DNA from: Desulfobulbaceae bacterium UBA5611
GTDB taxonomy: Bacteria; Desulfobacterota; Desulfobulbia; Desulfobulbales; Desulfocapsaceae
DNA length: 64,000 nt
Direction of reading: 5' to 3'
Assembly (NCBI GenBank): GCA_002424635.1
Contig: DIKT01000029.1
Coordinates: forward strand, 6,254 to 70,253
How positions within the stretch are numbered: position 1 is the stretch's first letter; the number at the start of each line of letters is the position of its first letter. The position numbers were made by a program, and so were the translations under genes. Below are positions 1 to 8,353 of this stretch, piece after piece. Below the pieces are notes generated by a model that was not told where the DNA came from, ran no database searches, and worked only from the letters and a program-made list of their open reading frames with translations.

Positions 1-647
1 TAAAAGAAAAAGGCGCTGGTATGGGCTTGGTCATAGCTCGTGCCGGTCTGGGTAAGACCGCCATTCTGGTCCAGATTGCACTGGATTCAATGTTGTGGGG
101 CGATAAGGTGCTGCATGTCTCTATCGGTGAGAGCTTCGACAAGACCCGCGCCTGGTATGATGATATCCTTGATCTGATGGCCGCCGAAAAGAAAAATGAC
201 AACTTTCAGACTACTGTGACTGAGATCATGTCAAATCGAATGATCATGACCTTCAAGGAAAATTCTTTCAATCAGGCCAAGCTTGAAGAAAGACTGGATG
301 ATCTGGTGCAGCAGAATATTTATAAACCTGTGTGTCTGATTATTGATGGCTATGATTTTCAAAAAGGGGATCGTGCCGCCCTGCAGGAATTCAAGGAATT
401 CATGGTTCGACGCGGCCTGAAAATGATCTGGTTCTCTGCGACGACTCATCGCGATGATGAGCGCAAGAGCCCTGTTGGCGTGCCTGCCCCCTGTCATGAT
501 ATTGATGATCTTTTTGATGTGGCCCTGTTGATTGCCCCGAAGGAAGATGCTATTGATCTGAAAATTCTTAAATGTGTCGGTGGCGTGATAGATAGTGGTA
601 CCTCCTTGACGCTTGATCCTTCAACCATGCTGATCAGAAAGGCCTAG
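1..647 (+). CDS. RecA-superfamily (KaiC/DnaB-C-like) P-loop ATPase, N-terminus probably outside the window
   Basis: ORF 21..647, with the frame open back to base 3. Walker A-like ARAGLGKTA lies right at the start and a Walker B-like hydrophobic strand (CLIIDGYD) follows. A strong terminator comes after the stop. Confidence 0.5.
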   Translation, partial: KEKGAGMGLVIARAGLGKTAILVQIALDSMLWGDKVLHVSIGESFDKTRAWYDDILDLMAAEKKNDNFQTTVTEIMSNRMIMTFKENSFNQAKLEERLDDLVQQNIYKPVCLIIDGYDFQKGDRAALQEFKEFMVRRGLKMIWFSATTHRDDERKSPVGVPAPCHDIDDLFDVALLIAPKEDAIDLKILKCVGGVIDSGTSLTLDPSTMLIRKA

Positions 648-720
648 CCGAAAAAAAGCGGGCTGGCCTGTGATGTCGCCGAAATATTTGTGGGTTTATT
701 AGTTCAAACACAGAGTGCAA

Positions 721-757
721 AGCGGGTACCTCCTACAGGAGATACCCGCTTTTTTTG
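721..757 (+). terminator. Rho-independent terminator
   Basis: AGCGGGTACCTCCT-ac-AGGAGATACCCGCT hairpin followed by TTTTTTT. Confidence 0.8.
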
Positions 758-783
758 TCTAAGCCAAGTCCAGGCAGGAAATT

Positions 784-1575
784 ATGAAATTTCGACCTTG
801 TATCGATCTGCATGACGGTCAGGTAAAACAGATTATTGGCTCAACATTAAACGATGAGCGACCTGAACAGTTACGGACCAATTTTACCGCCAGTCACCCG
901 TCTTCCTGGTTTGCCGAGCTCTACCGGCGTGACGATCTCACCGGTGGCCATATAATTAAACTGGGCCCAGGCAATGATGAGGCTGCCTTGGAAGCACTTG
1001 CTGCCTGGCCGGGCGGCATGCAGCTTGGCGGCTCAATAACGGCTGAGAATGGTGGTTTCTGGCTGGATCACGGGGCCTCCCATGTTATTGTCACCTCTTA
1101 TGTGTTTCGGGACGGCCTGATTGATGAAGATAACCTGCGCCGGTTGGTGCAGGCAGTTGGCCGGGAACGGTTGGTGCTGGATCTGAGTTGTAGAAGACGA
1201 GGCGATGATTATTTTATCGTCACTGATCGTTGGCAGCGTTTTACCAAGATTACAATCAGCGCCGAGGTTCTGGCCCATTTGGCCGGCTCATGTGCCGAGT
1301 TTCTCATCCATGCTGCTGATGTCGAAGGCAAGTGTCAAGGGGTGGAGCTGGACTTGATTGGGAAACTGGCCGCCTGGTCGCCTTTGCCGGCGACTTACGC
1401 CGGAGGAGTTCGTCATATTGCTGATCTGGAACTGATCAGAGACCTTGGCCAGGGCCGACTTGATGCCACGGTCGGCAGCGCACTCGATATCTTTGGCGGC
1501 ACAGAAATGACTTATGCTCAGGCCGTGTCTTTTCATCAGCAGGGTAAAATTGCAACGCCCGCCGGCAAAAGATGA
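784..1575 (+). CDS. hisA: ProFAR isomerase HisA, eukaryote (HIS6)-type
   Basis: MKFRPCIDLHDGQVKQIIGSTL, HPSSWFAELY, IIKLGPGND, LVLDLSCRR, EFLIHAADVEG and SALDIFGG align along the whole length with yeast His6. AGGAAA RBS. Confidence 0.85.
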   Translation: MKFRPCIDLHDGQVKQIIGSTLNDERPEQLRTNFTASHPSSWFAELYRRDDLTGGHIIKLGPGNDEAALEALAAWPGGMQLGGSITAENGGFWLDHGASHVIVTSYVFRDGLIDEDNLRRLVQAVGRERLVLDLSCRRRGDDYFIVTDRWQRFTKITISAEVLAHLAGSCAEFLIHAADVEGKCQGVELDLIGKLAAWSPLPATYAGGVRHIADLELIRDLGQGRLDATVGSALDIFGGTEMTYAQAVSFHQQGKIATPAGKR

Positions 1576-1754
1576 GCGAAAAGCCGGCTGCCACTGATCA
1601 ACCTCTTCTTGTTGAGTTGAAGCTGCAAATTCCGCAGGAGCTTGTTAGCGCTTACCAGCGTTGTTCCTGGCTTATTATCCATGAAACCGGCAGGAAACCA
1701 GTCGAAGTGATGGCTGAGATGGTGCATGATTTTCTGATCAAACACGGTTGTTGA
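1572..1754 (+). CDS. Small hypothetical protein (60 aa)
   Basis: ATGA start/stop overlap with hisA. No family recognised. Confidence 0.3.
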   Translation: MSEKPAATDQPLLVELKLQIPQELVSAYQRCSWLIIHETGRKPVEVMAEMVHDFLIKHGC

Positions 1755-1871
1755 AGTTACCGGAGTCTTTCCTTCCTGGAAGATAGATGTCTCCTTGACC
1801 TCCGGCCAGACTTTAGATACAGTGATTTTTTTTAAGCCGTTTTCAGGTATTGGTGCAATTGGTGCGGCTAA

Positions 1872-2768
1872 TTGTTTGTTTTTAAGTTTTTTCTGGTGTC
1901 GGCAGTGAACTGTGATAGGGAAGGCCAGCTTAAAAAAATAGCAAGATTTATCGAGAGGATGCCCAGCCTGTCAACAACGGTCGGTAAGGTCCTCGAAATC
2001 TGCAGCCGAACGGATGCTTCACCCAACGAGCTGAACAAGGTTATTTCCCTTGACCCTGTGTTGACCGGTCATGTGTTGAAACTGATTAATTCGGCTTATT
2101 ATTCGATGGTGTGCAAGGTCACCTCACTTACCCGGGCCATCACTATGCTGGGGATGAACACGGTCAAGAATATGGCCCTCAGCACTGCTATTATTCAAAC
2201 GGTGGCCGGCTCCAGTCATGCGAAACAGCCTTTGCCGACCGTGCAATTCTGGGCCCATTCAATCGGGGTCGGGGTGAGCGCTAAGTTGCTGGCGAAGGCA
2301 AGTGGCATTGCAGTGCAGGAGTTAGAAGAGTTTTTTATTGCTGGGCTGTTGCATGATCTTGGTAAAATCCCTTTTGGCGATGACTACAGGAAGGTTTTGA
2401 TGGTGGCCCGTGAGCAACAAAGGCCGCTGCTCGAGGTGGAGCAGCAATTTTTTGGCATTGATCATCAGGAAGTCGGCGACATGATTGCCGCTAAATGGAA
2501 TCTGCGGGGCTTCTTGGCAAATTGTCTGTCCGGTCATCATAGCGTTGAGCTGCTGGCAGATGAAGAGCGGGTCAAGATGGCCATCGTCGCGCTGGCCAAT
2601 ATGTATATTAATATCCATGATATAGGTTATGCCGGCGATCCTTTTCCGGCCTACCGGAATGCTGAAAAACTGCTTGAACTGACGCGCCTGGATTGGCCTG
2701 ATCTCGCTGCGATCGGTGGGGTGGTTGATATCGAGATCCAGAAAGCCCAGATCTTTTTACAGGTATGA
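1872..2768 (+). CDS. HDOD domain signalling protein
   Basis: MPSLSTTVGKVLEI..SPNELNKVISLDPVLTGHVLKLINSAYYS plus GLLHDLGK is typical HDOD. The start is uncertain: TTG 1872 or GTG 1905. Confidence 0.75.
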   Translation: MFVFKFFLVSAVNCDREGQLKKIARFIERMPSLSTTVGKVLEICSRTDASPNELNKVISLDPVLTGHVLKLINSAYYSMVCKVTSLTRAITMLGMNTVKNMALSTAIIQTVAGSSHAKQPLPTVQFWAHSIGVGVSAKLLAKASGIAVQELEEFFIAGLLHDLGKIPFGDDYRKVLMVAREQQRPLLEVEQQFFGIDHQEVGDMIAAKWNLRGFLANCLSGHHSVELLADEERVKMAIVALANMYINIHDIGYAGDPFPAYRNAEKLLELTRLDWPDLAAIGGVVDIEIQKAQIFLQV

Positions 2769-3694
2769 GGCCAACTATGAAAGTTCGTTTTTGGGGAGTG
2801 AGAGGCTCGATTCCTTGTCCTGGTCCTGTGACCCACAAATATGGAGGGAATGGCGCCTGTATAGAATTGAGAATCGGCCCCGATAACAGGCTGGTGATTA
2901 TTGATGCCGGCTCCGGCATCAGGGAGCTTGGCAATCACTTGATGCAGCATGATCTGCCCAAGGGACCGATCCAGGCCGATATTTTCCTTACGCATACTCA
3001 CTGGGACCACATTATGGGTTATCCCTATTTTGTTCCCATTTATGTGCCCGGCAGCCGATTGAAGGTTTACGGACCGGTCACCTTTGAGGATGAGACCCTG
3101 GAAGAAGTTGTGGGCGGGCACATGAAATATCGGTATTTCCCGATCAATATGGGTGAGTTGCGATCGGATATTGAATATATCCGCTTAAAAGAGGAAGCAG
3201 CTAAGGATTACGGCCAGGGGCTGGTCCTCACGACTAAAATCCTGAATCATCCTATAACGGCCCTGGGCTATCGTTTTGACTATCAGGGCAAGTCCTTCTG
3301 CACCTGTTATGATTTTGAACCATTCCGCAACCTCTTTATTACCGATCCTGCTCATCCTGATTATGATGAAGCGATGGCCCTTGAAGGCGAGGAGGTGGCC
3401 AGGGAACAGAATCTGGCGGTAGAGAATTTTTTTTCCGGGGCTGATCTGTTGGTCCATGACAGCCAGTATACTGATGCCGAGTTTCACAACCGCATCGATT
3501 GGGGCCATTCCACCTGTGAGTATGCCATTGCCGCCGCTAATCGAGCCGGCGTGAAAAAGCTGGCCCTCTTTCATCATGACCCGGATCGGACTGATCAGCA
3601 GATAGATGAGATGGCCGCTACTTATTGCCAGCCTGGACGCTATGGCAATACTGAGGTCTTCTTTGCCAGAGAAGGGCAGTTGGTAGAACTGTGA
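2765..3694 (+). CDS. MBL-fold metallo-hydrolase
   Basis: FWGVRGSIP N-terminus, HTHWDH metal motif, and C-terminal LFHHDP. Start overlaps the HDOD stop. Confidence 0.8.
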   Translation: MRPTMKVRFWGVRGSIPCPGPVTHKYGGNGACIELRIGPDNRLVIIDAGSGIRELGNHLMQHDLPKGPIQADIFLTHTHWDHIMGYPYFVPIYVPGSRLKVYGPVTFEDETLEEVVGGHMKYRYFPINMGELRSDIEYIRLKEEAAKDYGQGLVLTTKILNHPITALGYRFDYQGKSFCTCYDFEPFRNLFITDPAHPDYDEAMALEGEEVAREQNLAVENFFSGADLLVHDSQYTDAEFHNRIDWGHSTCEYAIAAANRAGVKKLALFHHDPDRTDQQIDEMAATYCQPGRYGNTEVFFAREGQLVEL

Positions 3695-3704
3695 AGCAGT
3701 TGTC

Positions 3705-5348
3705 ATGAAGATTGCCCTGGTGCAGATTAATCCGGTGATTGGTGATTTTGCCGCCAATTGCCTGGCCATCAAGACTGCCGCCGAACAGGCGCTGGCAAAG
3801 GGCTGCAGCCTGGCGGTTTTTCCCGAAATGGTTGTGTCCGGTTATCCGCCCCAGGATCTTTTGGAGCGCCGCTCTTTTCTGGATGATCATGATCGCGCCA
3901 TGGCCCAACTGGTGCGGGAACTGCCGCCTCTGGCCGTACTGTTCGGCTGCCTGGAACGGCGTCAGGGTCAGGGTAAAGCCTTATATAATGCGGCGGTAGT
4001 GGCGATGGGCGGCCGGATTATCCATCGGGTCCGCAAGCAGCTGCTGCCATCGTATGACGTCTTTGATGAAAACCGTTATTTTGAGCCTGGTCCTCCAGCT
4101 ACGTTGTTTACGCTGGGCGATCTGAACTTTGCCATCACCATCTGTGAAGATATCTGGCATCAGGAGGCCGGCTGTTATCGCGGTGATCCGGTGGCCGCCC
4201 TGTTTGCCGACGCTCATGAGCAGGGAGAGCGGATCGATTGTCTGATTAATGTCTCAGCCTCTCCTTTCCAGCGTGATAAGGAGTTGACCCGTCATGCTCT
4301 CTTTCAATCCATCTGTTTGCGTTATCAGGTCCCCTTTTTATATGTCAACCAGGTGGGAGGTCAGGACTCCCTGCTCTTTGACGGCCGCAGTCTGGCCATG
4401 AATGCCGACGCCGAAATCGTAGCCACCGGTGCCGGTTTTGCCCCTGATCTGGTGATAGTTGATACCGACAGCTGGCAAGGCGAGATGCATGGCGAGATAC
4501 AGGCGGAACCGGTAGCTGCCGTCTATGCGGCCTTAGTTATGGGGGTGCGTGATTATGTCCATAAATGCGGCTTCCATTCGGCCGTCCTTGGTCTGTCCGG
4601 TGGTATTGATTCGGCCCTGACCGCCGCCATTGCCGTGGACGCCCTGGGCGCGGACAATGTTCTCGGTCTGGCCTTGCCCTCGCCATATAGCTCTTCCGAA
4701 TCCATGATTGATGCCGAGATGCTGGCGGCCAATCTGGGCTGCACTTTCAAGGTGATCCCCATCACTCCTGTGTTCTCAGCCTTTCAAGCCTCCCTGCAGC
4801 CGTTTTTTGCCGGGCTGGCTGCTGATCTGAGCGAACAGAACCTGCAGGCCCGGATCCGGGGGACGTTGCTCATGGCCCTGTCGAATAAGTTCGGTCATCT
4901 GCTGTTGTCTACCGGCAATAAAAGCGAGTTGGCGGTCGGCTATTGCACCCTTTATGGTGATATGAGCGGCGGCCTGGCGGTGATCTCGGATGTGCCCAAA
5001 CAGATGGTGTATGAGCTGGCCCGCTATATAAACCGTGAGCGGATACGCATCCCCGAGAGAACCCTGACCAAGGCGCCCACCGCTGAGCTTAAAGAGAATC
5101 AGTATGATCAGGATGATCTGCCCCCCTATGCCATTTTGGACCAGATTCTGGAGAGACATCTGGAGCAGGGACAGGGTCTGACTGAACTGGTGCAGGCTGG
5201 TTTTGATGAGCATATGGTCCGTGATGTCCTGCGCAGGATCCGCCTCAATGAGTATAAACGCAAGCAGGCGCCTATGGGTTTAAAGGTGACCAGCAAGGCC
5301 TTCGGCTATGGTCGGCGCTATCCTAACGTCCAGAATTATCAGCAATAA
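3705..5348 (+). CDS. nadE: Glutamine-dependent NAD+ synthetase (nitrilase domain + NAD synthase domain)
   Basis: N-terminal CN-hydrolase (ICEDIW), SGGIDS PP-loop, 547 aa, typical NadE architecture. Confidence 0.9.
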   Translation: MKIALVQINPVIGDFAANCLAIKTAAEQALAKGCSLAVFPEMVVSGYPPQDLLERRSFLDDHDRAMAQLVRELPPLAVLFGCLERRQGQGKALYNAAVVAMGGRIIHRVRKQLLPSYDVFDENRYFEPGPPATLFTLGDLNFAITICEDIWHQEAGCYRGDPVAALFADAHEQGERIDCLINVSASPFQRDKELTRHALFQSICLRYQVPFLYVNQVGGQDSLLFDGRSLAMNADAEIVATGAGFAPDLVIVDTDSWQGEMHGEIQAEPVAAVYAALVMGVRDYVHKCGFHSAVLGLSGGIDSALTAAIAVDALGADNVLGLALPSPYSSSESMIDAEMLAANLGCTFKVIPITPVFSAFQASLQPFFAGLAADLSEQNLQARIRGTLLMALSNKFGHLLLSTGNKSELAVGYCTLYGDMSGGLAVISDVPKQMVYELARYINRERIRIPERTLTKAPTAELKENQYDQDDLPPYAILDQILERHLEQGQGLTELVQAGFDEHMVRDVLRRIRLNEYKRKQAPMGLKVTSKAFGYGRRYPNVQNYQQ

Positions 5349-5419
5349 CAGCAAATAACACTCTAGTGACCGGTTACAGGTGCTGAGCCTGAAAGGCGGG
5401 CCATCTTTATAAGGAACTG

Positions 5420-7201
5420 ATGTCGATAGTAGAAGAAAAAGGGGCAAGGCGTAAGCTTTCCCGGTTGTGGCAACAGTTGGGCCTGCTGCTGGTCCTGGTG
5501 GTTGTAGTCCTGCTGGTAATCCGGGAGCTGCAAACGAAGCGCTCGGATCAGGTTTATATTACCACCAGCGGTCGGATCGATATGTGCCTGTTCTGTCACA
5601 AGGAAGAAAAGCTGGATCCGGCCCATGATCCCCGGGTAATCGGCTGCGCCTCCTGTCATCTTGGTGATGCCATGGCCATTGACAAGGCAAAGGCCCATGC
5701 CGGGATGGTGATTAATCCCGGAGATCTGCGGGTAGTAGAGCAGACCTGCGGTGTGGAAGGCTGTCATCCCACTGATGTCCACAAGGTCAAAAATTCCCTG
5801 ATGGCAACTAACCGGGGCATTATCGGCACACTGCTTTTTTACTGGGGCGAATCGGCCAGCCAGGACACCGATCTTACCGTGGAAAAACTACTGGCCGGCC
5901 AGGATAACTCGCTGGCCCTTGATTATTACCGCAAGCTCTGCGCCACTTGTCATCTGTGGAAACAGAAAAATGATCTGCCCGGAGCCCCTGATTTTTTTAA
6001 TGAGAAGGGCGGCGGCTGTACGGCCTGTCATTTTGTCATGCCGGAAGGCATAGTCCGTAAAGGAGTGACCGAATTTGATGATGCGGCCAGGAGTGAAAAA
6101 GCCAAGGTCCATCCCCTGATCATCAAAAAGGTACAGGATGTCAATTGTATCCGTTGTCATAATCGCTCCGGCCGGATCGGCATCTCTTACACCGGCGTTT
6201 TTGAATCGGAAGGCTATGGTACGCCCTATGAAAAAGGAGGTTTGAGCTCCAAGCAACTGCCGGGCGCCCGTTTTTATCTGGAGATCGCCGAAGATATCCA
6301 TCATAGCAAAGGACTGGCCTGTATTGATTGTCATACCCGTAATGAAATCATGGGCGATGGCGTCAGTTATGCCCATTATGAGGACCAGCTGGAGATCTCC
6401 TGCGAGATGTGCCATTCGGCCGCGCCTGGTATGACCCGCAAGGGCAAACCAGTGGCGACGATTGGCCAAAAAGCGGGGCAATGGCAGATGACCGCCAAGT
6501 TGAGCGACAAAGTCCATCCCCTGCGGCCGCCAAAGCAGGGGGTGTGCGATTTTCCCGGCCATAAACGGGTCAGTTGCGAGGCCTGCCATTCCACCTGGGT
6601 GCCGCAGTGTTATGGTTGCCACGCCAAACGGGATGCCTCCCAGACCCATCTCGACAAGTTGACTCTTAAAGAGACGTCCGGCCTGTGGGAAGAAGGCCGA
6701 TCCTATATCCGCTATGAGAAACCGATGCTGGGCGTCTGGCAGGATGAGGTAGTCATCATTACCCCCGGCTGTCAGGATATCGTCACTCTGGTCAATGCCG
6801 AAGGGGAGATGGAAGGTGGTTTTAACCGTTTCACGATGGCCGCGATTAATCCCCATACCACCCAGGCGCAAGGTCGCAGCTGTGCTGAATGCCATACCTC
6901 AAGCAAGGTAGTGGGCTTAGGCGAGGGAACAGTGACCGAAAAAGACGGACAATGGTCTTTTGTTCCTCTTGATCAGGGGATAACTACCTTTGCCGGTCAG
7001 ACCGTGGCCTTTGATGCCTTTGTCACCATTGACGGCCAGCAGCTGCAGCATGGTTCCCGAGCCGATCTACGTTCCTTTAACGGGGAGGAGTTGCGCAAGA
7101 TTCTGCGGGTCGGACTCTGTGTTGAGTGTCACGTTGACTATAGTGATCCGGCGTGGAAAAATTATAGTGCGGCCACTAAGTGTCCCGAACAGGAGCATTA
7201 A
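5420..7201 (+). CDS. Membrane-anchored multihaem c-type cytochrome (11 CxxCH + 1 CX4CH)
   Basis: N-terminal TM helix. Haem motifs: CLFCH, CASCH, CGVEGCH, CATCH, CTACH, CIRCH, CIDCH, CEMCH, CEACH, CYGCH, CAECH, CVECH. AAGGAA RBS. Confidence 0.85.
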   Translation: MSIVEEKGARRKLSRLWQQLGLLLVLVVVVLLVIRELQTKRSDQVYITTSGRIDMCLFCHKEEKLDPAHDPRVIGCASCHLGDAMAIDKAKAHAGMVINPGDLRVVEQTCGVEGCHPTDVHKVKNSLMATNRGIIGTLLFYWGESASQDTDLTVEKLLAGQDNSLALDYYRKLCATCHLWKQKNDLPGAPDFFNEKGGGCTACHFVMPEGIVRKGVTEFDDAARSEKAKVHPLIIKKVQDVNCIRCHNRSGRIGISYTGVFESEGYGTPYEKGGLSSKQLPGARFYLEIAEDIHHSKGLACIDCHTRNEIMGDGVSYAHYEDQLEISCEMCHSAAPGMTRKGKPVATIGQKAGQWQMTAKLSDKVHPLRPPKQGVCDFPGHKRVSCEACHSTWVPQCYGCHAKRDASQTHLDKLTLKETSGLWEEGRSYIRYEKPMLGVWQDEVVIITPGCQDIVTLVNAEGEMEGGFNRFTMAAINPHTTQAQGRSCAECHTSSKVVGLGEGTVTEKDGQWSFVPLDQGITTFAGQTVAFDAFVTIDGQQLQHGSRADLRSFNGEELRKILRVGLCVECHVDYSDPAWKNYSAATKCPEQEH

Positions 7202-7309
7202 TAGCAGATAGCAGTTTTTTGGTTGAGTCGCAGGTGAGCAATTTTTTGATGAAGATCCTGATCCGCCGCACATCAGGGGCGCCAACTATTAGCTCATGAT
7301 CCCAACATT

Positions 7310-8353
7310 TTATTGGTGCTGATCGAAGATTTCGGCAAAAACCGGGGCGATGTTCTTGAAGGTTTCGAGGATGGCCGGATCAAAATGGTGGGGCATGGTC
7401 CTGCCGTCACCCTCGGTAATAATCCGGCAGACCTTGTCGTGTGCAAAAGCAGGCTTGTAGGGTCTTGTACTGCGGAGCGCGTCATACTGATCGACGAGCA
7501 TGGTGATCCTGCCCTCCAGGGGTATGGCTGCTCCTTTGAGTCCCTGCGGATAGCCGCTCCCGTCCCACCGTTCATGATGCGACCAGGCAATAGAGGCAGC
7601 CATCCGGATCCTGGGGTATTGCGATCCGGAGAGGATATTCTCGCCCATAGTAGGATGCGTCTTCATGATGGTAAATTCTTCATTGCTCAGAGGGCCCGGT
7701 TTTAACAGGATAGTGTCCGAAATGCCGATCTTGCCGATGTCATGCAGTGGGCTGGCAAAGGTTATCATTTCGACAAAGTCCATCGGCAGACACATCGCCT
7801 CCGCCATTTTATTGGCATAAAAGCCAATCCTGGCAATATGAGCCCCGGTGTCCGTATCACGAAATTCGGCGGCCGCTGTTAATCTCCGCATCATTTCGTT
7901 GCTCATCTCCCTGAGATCCTGCGTTCTCTCCCGCACCTCCTGTTCCAGTATCTGATTATGCTTGAGCACAAAGTCTTCGTATTTCTTGATCTTGAGAAGG
8001 TTCTTGACCCGGATGATTAATTCAGCCTGATCGATGGGTTTGGACAGAAAATCATTGGCCGAGACCGACAGCCCTTTTAATCTCGAGTCTCTATCGTTAA
8101 GCGCCGTCACTATAATGATTGGAATATTCTTGGTCTCCGGGGCCGCCTTTATAATTTCGCAGGCATCATAGCCATCCATGACCGGCATCATGATGTCAAG
8201 GATGATCAGGTCAGGTAGGCTCTCCCTGGCCTGCCGCACCGCACCTTCCCCGTTGACGGCCAGTTCCACTTCATAGCCCAACGGAATGAGCCATTGGGTG
8301 AGCAGCCTGAGATTGGCATCCTCATCATCAACCAGCAATATTTTTTCACTCAT
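7310..8353 (-). CDS. Response regulator with HD-GYP c-di-GMP phosphodiesterase domain (RpfG-like)
   Basis: REC domain ([18 protein letters not shown]), then HDIGKIGI and [15 protein letters not shown] overlap with the upstream kinase. Confidence 0.9.
   Translation of the reverse strand: MSEKILLVDDEDANLRLLTQWLIPLGYEVELAVNGEGAVRQARESLPDLIILDIMMPVMDGYDACEIIKAAPETKNIPIIIVTALNDRDSRLKGLSVSANDFLSKPIDQAELIIRVKNLLKIKKYEDFVLKHNQILEQEVRERTQDLREMSNEMMRRLTAAAEFRDTDTGAHIARIGFYANKMAEAMCLPMDFVEMITFASPLHDIGKIGISDTILLKPGPLSNEEFTIMKTHPTMGENILSGSQYPRIRMAASIAWSHHERWDGSGYPQGLKGAAIPLEGRITMLVDQYDALRSTRPYKPAFAHDKVCRIITEGDGRTMPHHFDPAILETFKNIAPVFAEIFDQHQ

Noticed and set aside
1850-1864. TGGTGCAATTGGTGC with GG-N10-GC spacing (also a tandem ATTGGTGC repeat) upstream of the HDOD gene.
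   Set aside because: The -12 half is GTGC rather than TTGC, and the predicted TSS would fall after the first possible start codon. Too weak to call a sigma54 promoter.
5888-6895. 335-aa minus-strand ORF opposite the multihaem cytochrome gene.
   Set aside because: The plus-strand frame carries 12 haem-binding motifs and an RBS. The antisense ORF has no motifs and a biased composition.
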